The notes beneath the pieces are model-generated. The model made no database searches. It worked only from the letters and a program-made list of their open reading frames with translations, and had not been told where the DNA came from. This document shows, piece after piece, positions 39,341 through 52,600 of a stretch of 64,000 nucleotides of DNA (position 1 is the first letter of the stretch; every line of letters begins with the position of its first letter). The stretch lies in contig OZ316895.1 in the NCBI GenBank assembly GCA_973895155.1, positions 8,420,184 to 8,484,183 of the forward strand, written 5' to 3'. The stretch comes from Marsupella aquatica (lineage: Eukaryota; Plantae; Marchantiophyta). The translations under genes and the position numbers were made by a program.

Positions 39341-40504
39341 ACTTCTTGTTTCAGTGTTGCTTTTCGTATTTCCTACAGTTCGTAAACCCCTCGTGTATCT
39401 TTTATCTTGCTCGTTTGTGAAAGGCGATCAGTAGACAATAGTCTCTCGCTGAGTCGAAACCTGGATAACTGCAAGGAATCCCGTGATCCCTTGTTGTTCC
39501 CTTCCCGACCGCTTTGCACTTTTTGTAAGTGCAAGGCCAAACAAACTTTCATTAAATGACAACTATATAAGTGTTCATGAACACTTATTGACAAGTGCAT
39601 GGCATTTTTACTTAGAGTAAAATTGCACTTATGGGGTAGGGGATCACATTTAGGGCAGGAATGAACAAATTAACCTTCTCTGACAAGGGAACCATGGAGG
39701 CATGGTAGATCTTATCAAAAAATGCACAATTCCGTATTTTTGCACTTATCAAGTAATGCAAACCCGCATTAAGAGCACACTGGATGCTGCTTCCCCCCGG
39801 AGTGTGCACTTAGAGAGAGACTACTATGCAAAGGTGAAGGTGATCAGTGAATGGGGTGCCTGTGTAGTTTTGTTCAAGGTATCAGCTCTAACCCCTTGTG
39901 GTAACCCTTATGAGATTTTAGGCACCCCTCCCTTGGCCAACCTAGTTTGGAGGTTATAAGACTTTGGCGGAAGTTTTCCAGCAAAGATAAGGTACAAATA
40001 TGTTTGGGGTCTACCCCCACTAATCCATAATCTCTTTAGGCATTGCCTGAAAATAAGGCAAAATATATATTCAGAGTCTATGCCCCATAATCCATGGTCT
40101 CTTTGGGATTGCCTGAACATAAGGTTTCTGTTTTCATGTTATTGTTAGAAGAAAGGTATGAACTTGCTATGTAGAAAATGTCAACATTTGGGTGCAGTCT
40201 ATTCCAGTTGTCCATCCAAGCATATCAAGATTTCAGGCACTGAGTCTGACCCAAAAAGAAAGGGCACTGAATGATTAACCTTATAAGTGTGAAGGATGTA
40301 AAGTAAATCATGTTTAGGAGCTGCGTCTGATGCCTCGCTTGGTGGTGCTGTGGTCTCCACCTGATATGTCTCTCCCTGCCTGGTCTCTTTTCCCTTCATG
40401 TAGTGCTGGTTATGGCCGCTCCCAGACTTTCTATCAATTGGGTGCTGAGCATTTTAAGAAAAGGACAGAAATGAAGGGATGGACTTTCTAAGAATTCGAG
40501 CACA

Positions 40505-41110
40505 CAATGCTCCCATGGATTGAGCCCGTGAACCATGCAACTCCCATGGGAAGTGACACCTTTTACACCTTCGCTCCTTGACACATTTCTTTAGGGTTGT
40601 TCCAAAAAGTTTCAAGGGCAGGGTTCTACCTTCAATATGTCCCTTGAAATTTAATTGACTTGGCTCGTCTTGAGCCGTTAGAAGTGGCTTGAAAAGATAT
40701 TTCCAATCTATAATATCTTTTCAGTGTTTTTATGAATAATTGAGAGGATTATATTCCTAAATATTACTCATCACTCGCTGCGCACTTTGACTTTCCGAAA
40801 GTTTTTAGCTAACTTTGACATTCAGTATCCCACCATATAATGGAATCTGATTGTTTTTGGTCGGGTAGAAACTACTTAGAAACATGTTTCCAATGAACCT
40901 AATATACTTAAATTTAACTGGGGATTGAGAGACCTACAAATTCCCAAAGAGTCAAAGTTGAAATAGAGTATCTTATTTTCTTGCCACATTTTACTCCTGC
41001 AATATGTACAATATGACCAAAATAAAGGGTTTTCCTGGGGTCCATCTGGGTAGGAAAGTCCATCCTAGCATTATGGGAAGCTTGCATAGCTCTACTAGCT
41101 TCAATTATTC
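40505..41110. repeat. Dispersed repeat family, copy 2
   Basis: Colinear motif matches to 22548-23040 and 59955-60420. Confidence 0.6.
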
Positions 41111-41339
41111 ATAAATTCAGAAGTTGAGAGGTTACACAAAATAAAGTGTGTTCTTAGTGTATGCTGGGGAGTACCATAACCCCATCAACTATCAGGTATT
41201 AATCACACTCATCAGTCATTTGCATGTGGAACTTACTTATTAAGGTAAGCCAAGTGGAATTTTTCCAACTCAAGGTGGCTGGCAAGAGAGACAAACTGAC
41301 CGCAAAATTTATATTCAAACTGGCAAGGCCATTGAGCTT

Positions 41340-41810
41340 CACTGATATTGGTATGTTGGTGATTCAGTGATATGAGTGACTGATAAGTGATGAGATTAAC
41401 AATTTCTATACCCAAGAATGAGTGACCTTGTGTATAGAGATTGTTAATCTCATCACGTATCAGTCACCCATATTGTTAACCCCAGCACTTATTTTTGGGT
41501 ATAGAGATTGTTAATCTCCTCACTCCTCCGTCACTTATTCTTGGAAATTGTATAGGGATTGTTAATCTTATCACTTATCAGTCACCCATATTGTTAACCT
41601 CAGCACTAATTCTTCCGTATAGAAATTGTTAATCTCATCACTTATTCTTGGATATAGAGACTGTTAATCTCTTCACTTATCAGTCACCCATACTGTTAAA
41701 GTCCATCACTTATTGGGTATAGAGTTTAGGGTTTAAAGAAAATGACTGGAGATTAATAATCTCTATACACAAGAAGAATAGGTGATGGGTTTAACAACCT
41801 CTATGCCCTG
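41340..41810. repeat. Tandem and inverted minisatellite array (foldback) upstream of TRAX
   Basis: The unit tatagagattgttaatctcatcacttatcagtcacccata is repeated ~5 times on + (41432-41720). Reverse-complement copies flank it at 41372-41427 and 41748-41809. Confidence 0.85.
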
Positions 41811-41988
41811 GATGAATTGGGTAGACACTTGCCAACTTTATGGGCAGTGCCACTTCATCGGTAAAACTGCCTGCATTGTGACGAAATTCAAAACGTAATA
41901 CTGTACAATTGAATGAGGTGAACTCACATTGAAGAGTTTCGTTCATAACGAGGGCAGAAACAGTGCGAACTACTCAAAGCTTCGAGCG

Positions 41989-44353
41989 ATGTCACTGCAA
42001 CCTGAAGACCCAACTGGTCTGTCTTCTTCTGAGACATTTGGTGACTTAATTTTCAGGAGCTGTCGTTCCCAAATTTTCTCTCAAGGACGTTGTATCGCTC
42101 TTTTTCGTGCGCGCTTTGGAAACATTCATGGCCAATGTGAATCACGCCATTTTGAAATTCTTGCTGCTGCTAACTTTGATGGAAGCAAATTTTAATTTCC
42201 CGCAAGCACGAACATAATTGATTGACCGTAACACCTTACCGACTGATTCAGGGAAGAAACAGAGAACTGAAAGCGTCGAGAACTCTTTCTATTCTCAGTT
42301 TCATCAGATCGGTCGAATCCTAGACGCAACGGTAAGCGCTCACACCTAATTTCATGGATTTCTCTGTCTGAAGTGTAGAGAGGCAGGAATCTTGCAGTGC
42401 CTAGTGCAGCTACCTTCCCCGTGACCATCTACAGTTGTCTGCAAGAAGGAATACACAGTGAACTGAACGAGCAAACCTTCGGAATGACATTGATGAGAAA
42501 GGACCTAATTGTTTGACAGGCTGTTTGAAGGTTTCCGGGAATTCTAGGGTCCGCGCTTGGCTGATGAAGTTGGGTCGGATTTATTGTGTTTGGAGGAGTC
42601 TTGCAGAATGAAAAGCGGGAGAGGCTTGTGAAGGCAAGCCGTGATGTCACGATACATAGCAAGAAAGTCATATTCGCTGTCCACAGGTAATATTCAATGT
42701 ATCAAAGCATGGTCCCTAGTGCAAATGTCATATTCGTGCAAGATATTCCATTGTTCTCTCGATCTTACCTTTGGCCTCTCTGTCTCTCTCTCTCCTTCTC
42801 TCTATCACCTTTGGACATTCTGGATTCTAGCCGGAAGCTAATCAAGGGGATCCAGCTATTGTCAGTAGTTTGCATCAAGAATTTTGAAGAGTCGTTTGTT
42901 GTCGTAATGACACGTTTTTACTACCTTTGTGTGTGGAACAGGGCTACAGGCCCAAATAAGCTAGCACTGTTGGAGCAGGCAGAGAAAGATCTGGCTGTCG
43001 TTCGGATGAGTCAAGTGAGCCGCCTCGCTAGGGAGCTTCAAGGGAATGATTACTGGAAGTTTAGAAGAGCATACTCACCAGGGGTAGGTTAACATCATCC
43101 TTCGGAGTCCTGGTCTTTCTTTCAGCGAATGATAGTAGAAAGATTGTGACCTAACAAGAAAAGGAGGAGTGATATGGAGTGCCTTGAGTTTTGGATCGTC
43201 TTGGACTATGTCTTACTCGACCAGATATTGGTTGAGAAATGAATATTACGCTGGCATATGACTTTACAGCATTTGAACTCTCTGAAAATCTGAAGTTCTT
43301 TGGGGCGATTGAACAGATCCAAGAATATGTTGAAGCAGCGACGGTGGTTGAGTATTGCAAGACTGGTTCCCTTCTAACTCTGGAGCAGCTCAACCAAAGC
43401 TTTGCTGACATGAGGGATGCCAATAATAGGCCATTCACAGTCAGTATTCCTGATTACATACTAGGGGTAAATCGCTGAGTTCCACTTCCCTTACACTGAA
43501 AGAAAGATAACGTATGACGGTTGAAAGTACATGACGAAAGCACGTTGTCTGTTTAGCTGTCAAATTAACAGACCGCTTTATTTTTTTCATTCAGTCCATT
43601 CAGGTGATTCAGTAGAATGTCAGATACTGTGAACGGTTGTTTGCCTAAAGCCTGTGTTGTTTTTGTCTGTGGGCAGGTTGCAGACTTGACTGGAGAACTG
43701 ATGCGACTCGCGGTAAGTGGCATAGCTGCTGGACAGCGGCAAGCAGCTATTTCTGTCTGCAACATCCTAGGTGGTTTATATCAAGGATTCTCTTTGCTTC
43801 CGCCCCTCCAAGAGAACTTACGGGATTCAAAACTAAAAATGGACACCATGCTACAAAGCCTAATTAAAGTTGAAACTGGTGAGTATGTTGTACTCCGATT
43901 GCTCAATGTCGTGGATCATAGTTACTTGCGCTATTTTTTTTCTTCTGTCTGTGTGTTTGGATGATTTTGTATTCATTTCTGGTTTTTGTCTGGGGCATGC
44001 TAGAACGATATCTAAGTTCAAAAGAACTGCCCTAAGTGTATTGAATAAAAGCTCAGGCAGCAAGGGTTGCCAACTGCATAGATGTCATTAGTTCAAATCA
44101 ATTCAATCTGAGCTAGAACTTGCGCTTAGAGTTGGGCTGATTGATAATCGTTATTTCTGAAACCGGTTCTCGGCTGAAGATTCGGTCAGAGCACTTCTCA
44201 GAAAGATTCTTTTGTTGTAGACACAATGGAGCTTACTGTGGTTGTTTTATGACAGCGTGCTACACGGTCCATGTGAGAGGCTCTGAGTACCCTCAAGAAA
44301 TGCTTCTCAATGCTTTTGACCTGCCAACGAGTGATCATGGAGATGAGCACTAG
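41989..44353 (+). CDS. TSNAX: Translin-associated factor X (C3PO nuclease subunit); 7 exons: 41989-42040, 42252-42331, 42607-42686, 42942-43083, 43317-43466, 43677-43878, 44256-44353 (~267 aa; first exon least certain)
   Basis: NEKRERLVKASRDVTIHSKKVIFAVHR, ELQGNDYWKFRRAYSPGIQEYVEAA, DYILGVADLTGELMRLA and KVETACYTVHVRGSEY are TRAX motifs, with the catalytic acidic residues intact. GT-AG junctions are in phase. Confidence 0.93.
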
Positions 44354-46626
44354 TCCCGAAGTATCCAGTCACTAGATCCATATGTCATACTTGCAATCAT
44401 AGTTGGGGTACACCGTTTCTGTATGATGCTTCCGATCTTCTTCCTAAATAGAATTATCTACTGGCCATTCTTTCGCAGAGATTCAGGGGAATTGAAGGAA
44501 CAAATTCTAGAAGCCTGACTCATAGTCAAACTGACTGTTTTGGCTTCAGGGGGAAGTAGAAAGGAATCGTTGAGTGATTGCACAGAATGTCGTCGCATCA
44601 CCAGCATTTAATCTCTGAGAAAGCAGAGCCTGTCTATGACAAATTTTGAAATTGAACGAAAGTCATGAAGCAGTTATGGACGACCACCTGTGTGCAAAGG
44701 CGAGATTGCTGTTGGCTATTCTGGAATCAACTAACAATTAACCAAGGTTGGGCTCTAGAAAACTGTAAGATTGATCACACCATCAAAGGCTGCAACGTGC
44801 TCGTGTCAGATATTAAGAAATCATCTAGGGAAAAGCTGAAGAAACTATGCATTGAACACTATCAGTGCTACGATCTTTCTCAGTCAGGAACCCTTACATT
44901 GGATGGAACTTTTCATCTATTGGAAGGGAAATATGGGGTTACTTCGAAATTTGGGTTTCTTCCAGTTTCAGATTAAAGTTAACGTCTAGAAACCTATGCT
45001 ACCTTGTCTTGCCTTCGGCACATTTTGAAAATCTCAATTTTTCACTAGGGTTCCCATTTTTCACTAGGGTTACCAGCAAAAAGATGAACTGCTGGACATT
45101 TAGTCAACGAACACCTTGAGTAGCATCCAAGTTTGATTATTTGAATGTCGACGAACTCAGTCCCATTGAAGTAAGTTTTAAGAATGGTCTCTGAACCCTC
45201 TGGATATTGAGGGCCTTGTTATTAAGCACCATTCATGTAGAGGAATTTTGATGTTGAATATAAATTAATGTCAGGGTGTTAAATGGACACACAATGTCCA
45301 AAGCATATAAAACAAACAACCCATATGACTTAAAGTTAGTTAGAGCCTTCCTGTCCAGACGCATTCCCAAATTGGAAATTCCTCCGGTTTGAAAGCTCTT
45401 GTGCTTTTATGTGGGACAGTCCTCTCATGGGAGGGCTTTATTTACACTTAATGCCCTTCAAGATTTTCTTGGAGAAGAATGCCCTCGTCAAGATTTGGAT
45501 CACCTCTTTAGGAAGATTGTCTTCTACTTTTACAAAAATCAATAAAAAAAATAAATCATTCAGGCATTTACGTGTATTAAGGTATTGTGTCCAGAGCATT
45601 ATGGGCATTATATCCCACAATGCCCTATAAACAGGGCATTACCATATACAATTTGCTATGCCTTTGTTCTAAGAAGCACCTTGTTGATGCTGGGTTAGCA
45701 GAGTCTGCCTTGTTTACTTTACGAAGACCTATTTTACAATCGTCCTCAGACAATGACCTGGTCTCACGCCGAAGGCAATATCTAATTTAGTGCTCTATTA
45801 TGAGTTTGATTACCTGATGTACTGACAGGATTATCCTTGATGATCTGTACAGGACGAAAACTTCCTTGTACAGAAGCATTGAGCTCTGAGCTCTATCGAA
45901 ATCCCAGTATGTATCCAATTCTAGGCCAAGATGGGTCATTCATTGGAGAATTATGACAGACCCTCACTTATTCACTGAAGCACAAATTGAAAAAGCAGCA
46001 TTTGATAAGAATCACAGAGCACGGATGCAAAGGAATCGGATACAGAGAACAGTTGCGTGGTACATTCAATATATTCTCTATTTCCTGTACCGTTAGAAAC
46101 AATGAACAATGAATTTGCACTGCACTCCATCAGCCAGGTGGAATAGTGCTTGCTCACCACCTCTGAATAAAAGCTAGATATGGACGCATGTGCTTCCTAT
46201 AGCCTCTGCTGACGGTATCTTCAACTTATGAAAGTTAGGGTCATGAATGCTTTATGCTCCAACTCATGTATGTAAGCTAACTCGGGATGAATTGTTGACG
46301 TTTGATCATGTCAAATTGGGACATCAGGAAAGGTCGGTGTTTCTAGGTGTCCTGGATTTCCCAGTCTACTCGTTTGGTTGTCGTGTGCATGGCAATTTCG
46401 CAAGTCGAATTTACTCTAGAATCTAGTGAGGTTCCTCTCATCGTATGTACATCTATGCAAACGTGTCTGTCTCTACACGAAGTAATTTTGGGAGTATATC
46501 CCTCGCATCCAATCCCTAGCTAGCAGAAATGAAGAGGATGAAAGTTCTTTGCAGTTTTATCCACTACCGCATCATCATTCTTCCTAGGAACGAATGCATA
46601 AACATTTATCCTTGGGGGAAGGTTAA

Positions 46627-49600
46627 TCATTCGTCCGCTTCTGTTTCATCTCCCTCTGTTTCACCATCTGTCTCACTTTCTCCTGTGGTCTCAGCTGCTG
46701 CAGCTGCAGCTTCGTCTTCGGCGGCCCTTGCTGCAGCTTCTGCATCTTCTATGGCCTTGAGCCTTGCCTCCTCTTCAGCATATTTCTTATCTTCTTCTGC
46801 AACTTTAGCAAGTCTTTTTTCCTCCAATTCTTTTATCTTCTTCAAGTCTTCTGCTACTACCTTCACGTTAACTGAGCCCAAAATCTTTGCCAAATCGGCT
46901 GCTGCCATTGCCTGAATCATCAGAAGGTCATGAACTTTCGTCACACTTCCCTCTGGAAATGAATAAGACCTCCGTGTTTTGAATCTCACAGTAATGCCAT
47001 ACATGAAATAGAGGAGTATGTGGCTTTACAACACGGGGGATGTCTTAGGAAAGTAAATCATATTTACATGGACCTGGTTGGTTGGGGACTACTGCAAGTG
47101 ACGACGGGAAGGGTCGCTCCTTGGATACTGGTATTGAGCTCTTGAGTCAATTTGTTGAATAATGATTGTATTTCACATTTCTAAGACCATCTAAGACCAG
47201 GATTTGACGAAATCTGAGACGCCTGGACGGGTAGCATTACAACTTGGATTGTCTTAGACATTGATCACAAACGAACGGATGAATTGGATTTGAAGTGATG
47301 CGGACCCACGCAGATTGGCCTGCAATGTAGTCCGGCTAGAATTTGGTAAGATTCCAATTTACGAGGAAGGAGACAAATTGAAAAGTGAACGAACTAGAGT
47401 ATGGTACAGTGAGCGACAGTTTACCTTTGAATGTGCCTCGTATTTCCCCTTGATTTCCAGGAAATGGGCGCAAGCTATCGTCAACTTTTTAACCCGAAGT
47501 AGCCACTTCAATCCTAACTGGAGATGGTTCTAATGTCCGTCAGTATAAAATTCGTGGCATTTGGAGTCAACAATTTAAATCGTACAACGAAGGTCATTCT
47601 CTTTGTGTTGAGAAAAGGCGTTGGATATTACCAGTCAAGAGGAACACTCAACTATTGTATATACAAAGCAGTCTGTGCAAGAATTAGGTAAGAAACCCAG
47701 TGCGACATGCTCAACAACTTGGAAAGACAAACTCTGACCGGAGCTACTTGGGTTCGTTCTAAATGTCTTTTACTGATATGAAGGTTTCTACTGTGAAGTT
47801 ACAATATCCTTTGGACAGGAATTTTGGCTAATGCAGGTACTTGAAAGTTGACAAAGGACCATAGTATCCCACAGTTCAAATGTAACTTAGACCACGAGGT
47901 GTCGGTCATGAGGGAGTGGTATACATACATATGCAAATGGGGCTTCTTTACTCAACCGCTTTCCTGTCAGTCCCTGATGCAATCGATAGCAAAATGTCAA
48001 ACGTGAGCTTTCATACAAGCTCTGCAAGCACATGACTCAAGAAGAGCACCATGACCTTCATAATCTGCAGTGTTTCTTCCAGTCCTTCCCAGGAGCAACT
48101 ATTGTCTGAACAGACATTGAAAGCTCGTTGAATGCAACAGTTTGCAAAGCTACATATCTACAAATAGTTACCATGGCAGGGAACAGCTCTACCGGGAGGC
48201 ATATGATGAGACTGGGTACTGCCTAATGTAAATATCGGGCATTCACACGATAGAACATATTGCTCTTCATGGAGATGAGTACAGGGCCTCCTTTTGGATC
48301 TCTCTCACCAAGTACCGAGCCAACCAGGATACCTTTCTTGACTGCAGTACTACGTTTTGCAGCAGATGAGAGGAAATTCCACATTTGTTCAGTGATCAAG
48401 TAGGAGAAAGGTGTTCTACTCACTATGATATATGATTCCACAAGCTTCCACTTCATTTCATCTTGCGGTTTGAATGTATCGTAGTTCTTAAGATCCTGAA
48501 CACCAATCGCGGAAGAATAGTGGAATGATTACTTAATATCAGATCCATTAGGACGTGGTGGTGAGTTAACAAAGTAACGACAGTCAGTGGGTGCGAAGCT
48601 GATTTTCAGGGCTGAAAGGTCTCGTGAAAGCTTCCTATTACACTCACAGTGATGAACTTGTCATTCAATAGAAGTCGAACTGCAATCCAGTCGTCAACTA
48701 CATATTTCTTCTGGTCCAGGACAATGAGTAGAGCCTGCAGAATTCGGCACTCCTTTTTGTAAATTACAGTTCCTCCCTTTCGTCTCTTTGACAGTTACCG
48801 AAACTCGACTAGAACCACAACAATTGTTTCAGAAACAGAATTTGTATCTTGAGCCAAAAAATCAGCTTCAATCCGAGAGGGTTCTGGTTACTTCAGCAAC
48901 GACATTCAAATTGTGGACGATATATGTCTCAAACATCAATGAAGCAGCTCCCAAATACAATTGGTGAACTCCTTATTCTAACTCAGGTCAATTCATGGGT
49001 CATTCAAGTTTACAACAAATACGGCTGCCCTAAAACTTGCCTTGAGTATTCTAAACGTTCTTCGTCTTGGGAAAGGGGTACACTTTATTCGCTTAAGTTC
49101 AGTGTCCTACAAGAACCAAAATCCAGTTAGTTGTTGCAAATCTTGGGTACACAGACACTGAGCTGGCAAAATACAACCAAACTGGGCTGATACAGGTAAT
49201 ATTTGTAGCAGTTCTTTTCTCTTAGACATTGGCTCAGTGGAACATCTGGTGGTTTCATGAAATGTTTGAGCAATAGGCTAGAAGGGTTTTTCTTTTTGGA
49301 TTGTTATGACAGGTTGCCCAAACCCTTCAATCATCTACTTGATTATTAGGTTCTCGAGTAACTGTCCTACAACTCGAAAACTCAGCAAAATGAGTAGAAA
49401 TGGTGTTAGCTTGTGAACTTGGGCGGGTTATGAAATATGACTAGCTGAGTAGTCCCATAGGTAAAGCGTGGAATGGACGCATTCAAATATATTCTTTAAT
49501 ATCTCAATTCCATGTTTGCATTCGGTCTATCCACGATGCTGATCAATTCTACAGACAAGTGTAAAAGCTTGTACTAAGACATGTGGACTTGTCTGTACTG

Positions 49601-52600
49601 TCGTGACAGTAACAGCAATTTGCTTCAGGTAATCCTTGCCGTGACAGTAACAGCTCACAAATGACCCAATGAAATGAGATTTCAAGTGCTGTTGACGTTG
49701 AATATACTCCGTTTTCGTTCTAAACACGAGTTTGGAAATTCCTGCACTGACAAGGTGACTAACTCCCTAATCATTTACTGATAATTTCTGTTATGCTGGA
49801 ATCTCATACCTTGAGTTGAAGTATGTGGTCCATCACGGTAGAAACAAGGAGTTGATGATGCTTGACAATGAGGTCACCCTTTGAAAGCGATATCTCTAGA
49901 GTCGTCATCTGCACTCCTAGTTCCTCGAACGATGCCTTGTATTTGACCACAGCTTTTTCCAACTTTGCAAGCTCTTTCTCCTTGTCCTTAATTTTTTTGG
50001 CTCCTTCCTTTGCTAGCTTCTTATTTTCAGCTACCTTCTTCTTTCGTTCCTCTGCTTTGGCTTTCTTTTCAGCCTTTTTCTTCTCTACTTCGGGATCAAT
50101 GACTTTTGGCACATCTCCCTCCGATTGCTCGTCATCAGTCTCCCCAGAAGCTTCAGTGCCTTCACCCTCAGTCTCTTCAGCCTCTGTCTCATCAGCATCA
50201 GTTTCTTCCCCTTCTGTTTCATCTACCTCTGTTTCAGCATCTGTTTCAGCATCTGTTTCAGCATCGGTTTCAGCATCTGTTTCTCCCTCCGTTTCCTCCT
50301 GGCCCTCTTCTTTAGGTTCTTCGCCCCAATCTTCAGGCTCGGATTCTGGTTCCTCAGGTTCTTCTTCCTTTTCTTCCTCACCTTCACCCCCTTCTGTACC
50401 TGCTTCTGTTTCTGTTTCTGTGTCTGCTTCAGTCTCTCCAGCTTCGTCGTCGTCTCCCTTCTCTCCCTCAGTCTCTCCTTCATCCTCTTCCTCTGCTTCC
50501 TCCGATTCTGGTTCTTCTTCTTCCGGTTCTTCTTCTTCTTCTTTCTCTTCCTCCTCTTCCTCTTCTTCCTCCTCTTCTTCTTCTTCTTCTTCTTCTTCTT
50601 CTTCTTCGCCAGCATCCGCCCGTGCTTTTCTTCGTGCCTCCTTCTCTTTCTTCTTTGCCTCCCTCTTTGCTGCATTCTCTTCCTGCCGCTTTTGCTTTTC
50701 TGCAAGTCTCTCCTCCTTTGCCAATCGTTTCTTTTCTTTTGCTGCTGCTTTTAGGGCAGCTTTCAACTCTTTTGCAGCCTTCTTCACAGCCTTTTTCCGC
50801 TCTTTCTTGATTTCCTTGAATTGAGACTTGATCTTCTCAACAAGTTCAGGAGTAATTGTTTCAATATCTTTGATAACCTCCAAGTGGTTTTCATTCATGG
50901 CATGCGTTATTGCCCTGGCAACTTCTTGGAGGAAAAATACTTCGGATTCTCGAAAAGGGTTTCCAGTACCAATCCTCTCCGCCTTAAGTGTGTCAGCGCA
51001 CAGTAGTGCAACCACCTGCTCGCTACAGCTCACATTATCCAAGTCAACTCTCTTGTCATAAGATGTTTCTTAGTGAGAAACCATCACTGATGCTAGGACG
51101 ATTATAAGCAAAGAACATTTTGAGTAAAACAAACTGTAATTGGTATCGATTTGGTACAGGGGAATAAATGCATTGATATGAATTTAGTACGAATCATATC
51201 GATTTGGTACAGGGGAATAAATGCATTGATATGAATTTAGTACGAATCATATGATAAATGGAATCCTCAATCAAGGACCCCGAAATCAATAGTGATGGAT
51301 GCCTCAAATTTGAGTTATGGATTCACCCGTGGTGGATATTTTTCTGTACCCCTTATGACTATTGGAGCTGCAAAATAGGCGCCAACTCGTGGAAGACCTC
51401 CAAAATAGTAGATTCCTGAAACACGATAAACGACGAGTTTGAAACTCAGGAATACATCATACAATGAGCAATCCAGTTCTATTTGGGGCGGTTTAGTTTA
51501 TCTATTCGGCAATTACTTCCCAAGATTCAAAATGGCAGGATGTAATAAAGTGGCCCCAAAAATGCTATGAATGAGTACGTGACGCCCTCCTCTCAACCTC
51601 TCCTTGTGGTATAGATGATTCATTCAATCGAGTTGGTTCCAGAGGGTTTGAAGGAATCTGTTCTTTACTTTGCACATGGGCGATTGGACATAAACCAAAT
51701 GGGAATATTCAGTCCGAATGATCTTATGAAAGTATTTACTTCGAGGATCTTTGTAAATCAACAGGACATTCAAAACCCTTTATCAGCCTCAAGACTTTGA
51801 ATAATAGCCAGAAACTGCACAGTTGGACATCTTCATAATCATGATGCGAACTTCTTAGCACACGGAAACTGACAAATCTAACCTTTCTTGTATAACACAT
51901 TTGGGATATCCAAGAAAGGAAGCCCTTTCTCCAAAACTCCCCATGTTACAGGGCCCTGCAAAGGCGAAGCACGAGTATGATCCACACGTCACTAAATCGG
52001 CCAACATTTGTAATATTAGGGTTAAACTGCAGTAGTTCTTCTGTCTTGAGATCTTGCGGTACATAATGTTGGTAGTTGATGCCAATACATTATAACGATC
52101 TGCTTGATTTCAACTAAAACAAACCCCCGTGGTAGAAAGGATCCCTAAACATTTTTAAGGGAAAGGCATGCACCACCAATCTGTGAGGACAACAAGTCAG
52201 ATAATTTTGCTTCTCGTTGTCCTAGTTGTTATTCTATTATGGAATTGTCTGCCATACCTCATTAACATTTAAACAAATTGTGCATTATTATCCCATTGCA
52301 TGCTGATGATTTGGTGGGGCAGTTTGAGGATCGCATGTACACGAGACTCTCTTGGCTGGCCGGTGAACGCAAATAATTCACTTTCTTAGAAATTATACTC
52401 AAGCCAGTCTATGGAAAGCGATCAACGAGGGTAAAATGAGTGAGAGAAAACTCACCATCTTCTTGTTCAATTCCTTGTTTTGCATGAAGATGTTGTTTGG
52501 AGAGGTAGTCAGATATTTTGCAATCAATTTCTTATACTTGACGGGTCTGGGAGGCTTAGGAGGGGGAGGAGGTGGAGGAGGTGGTTCTAATGGTTGTCCA

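Noticed and set aside
41722-41735. TTTAGGGTTT telomere-like motif (also agggttagggg near 10540)
   Set aside because: Single units only, not an interstitial telomeric array.
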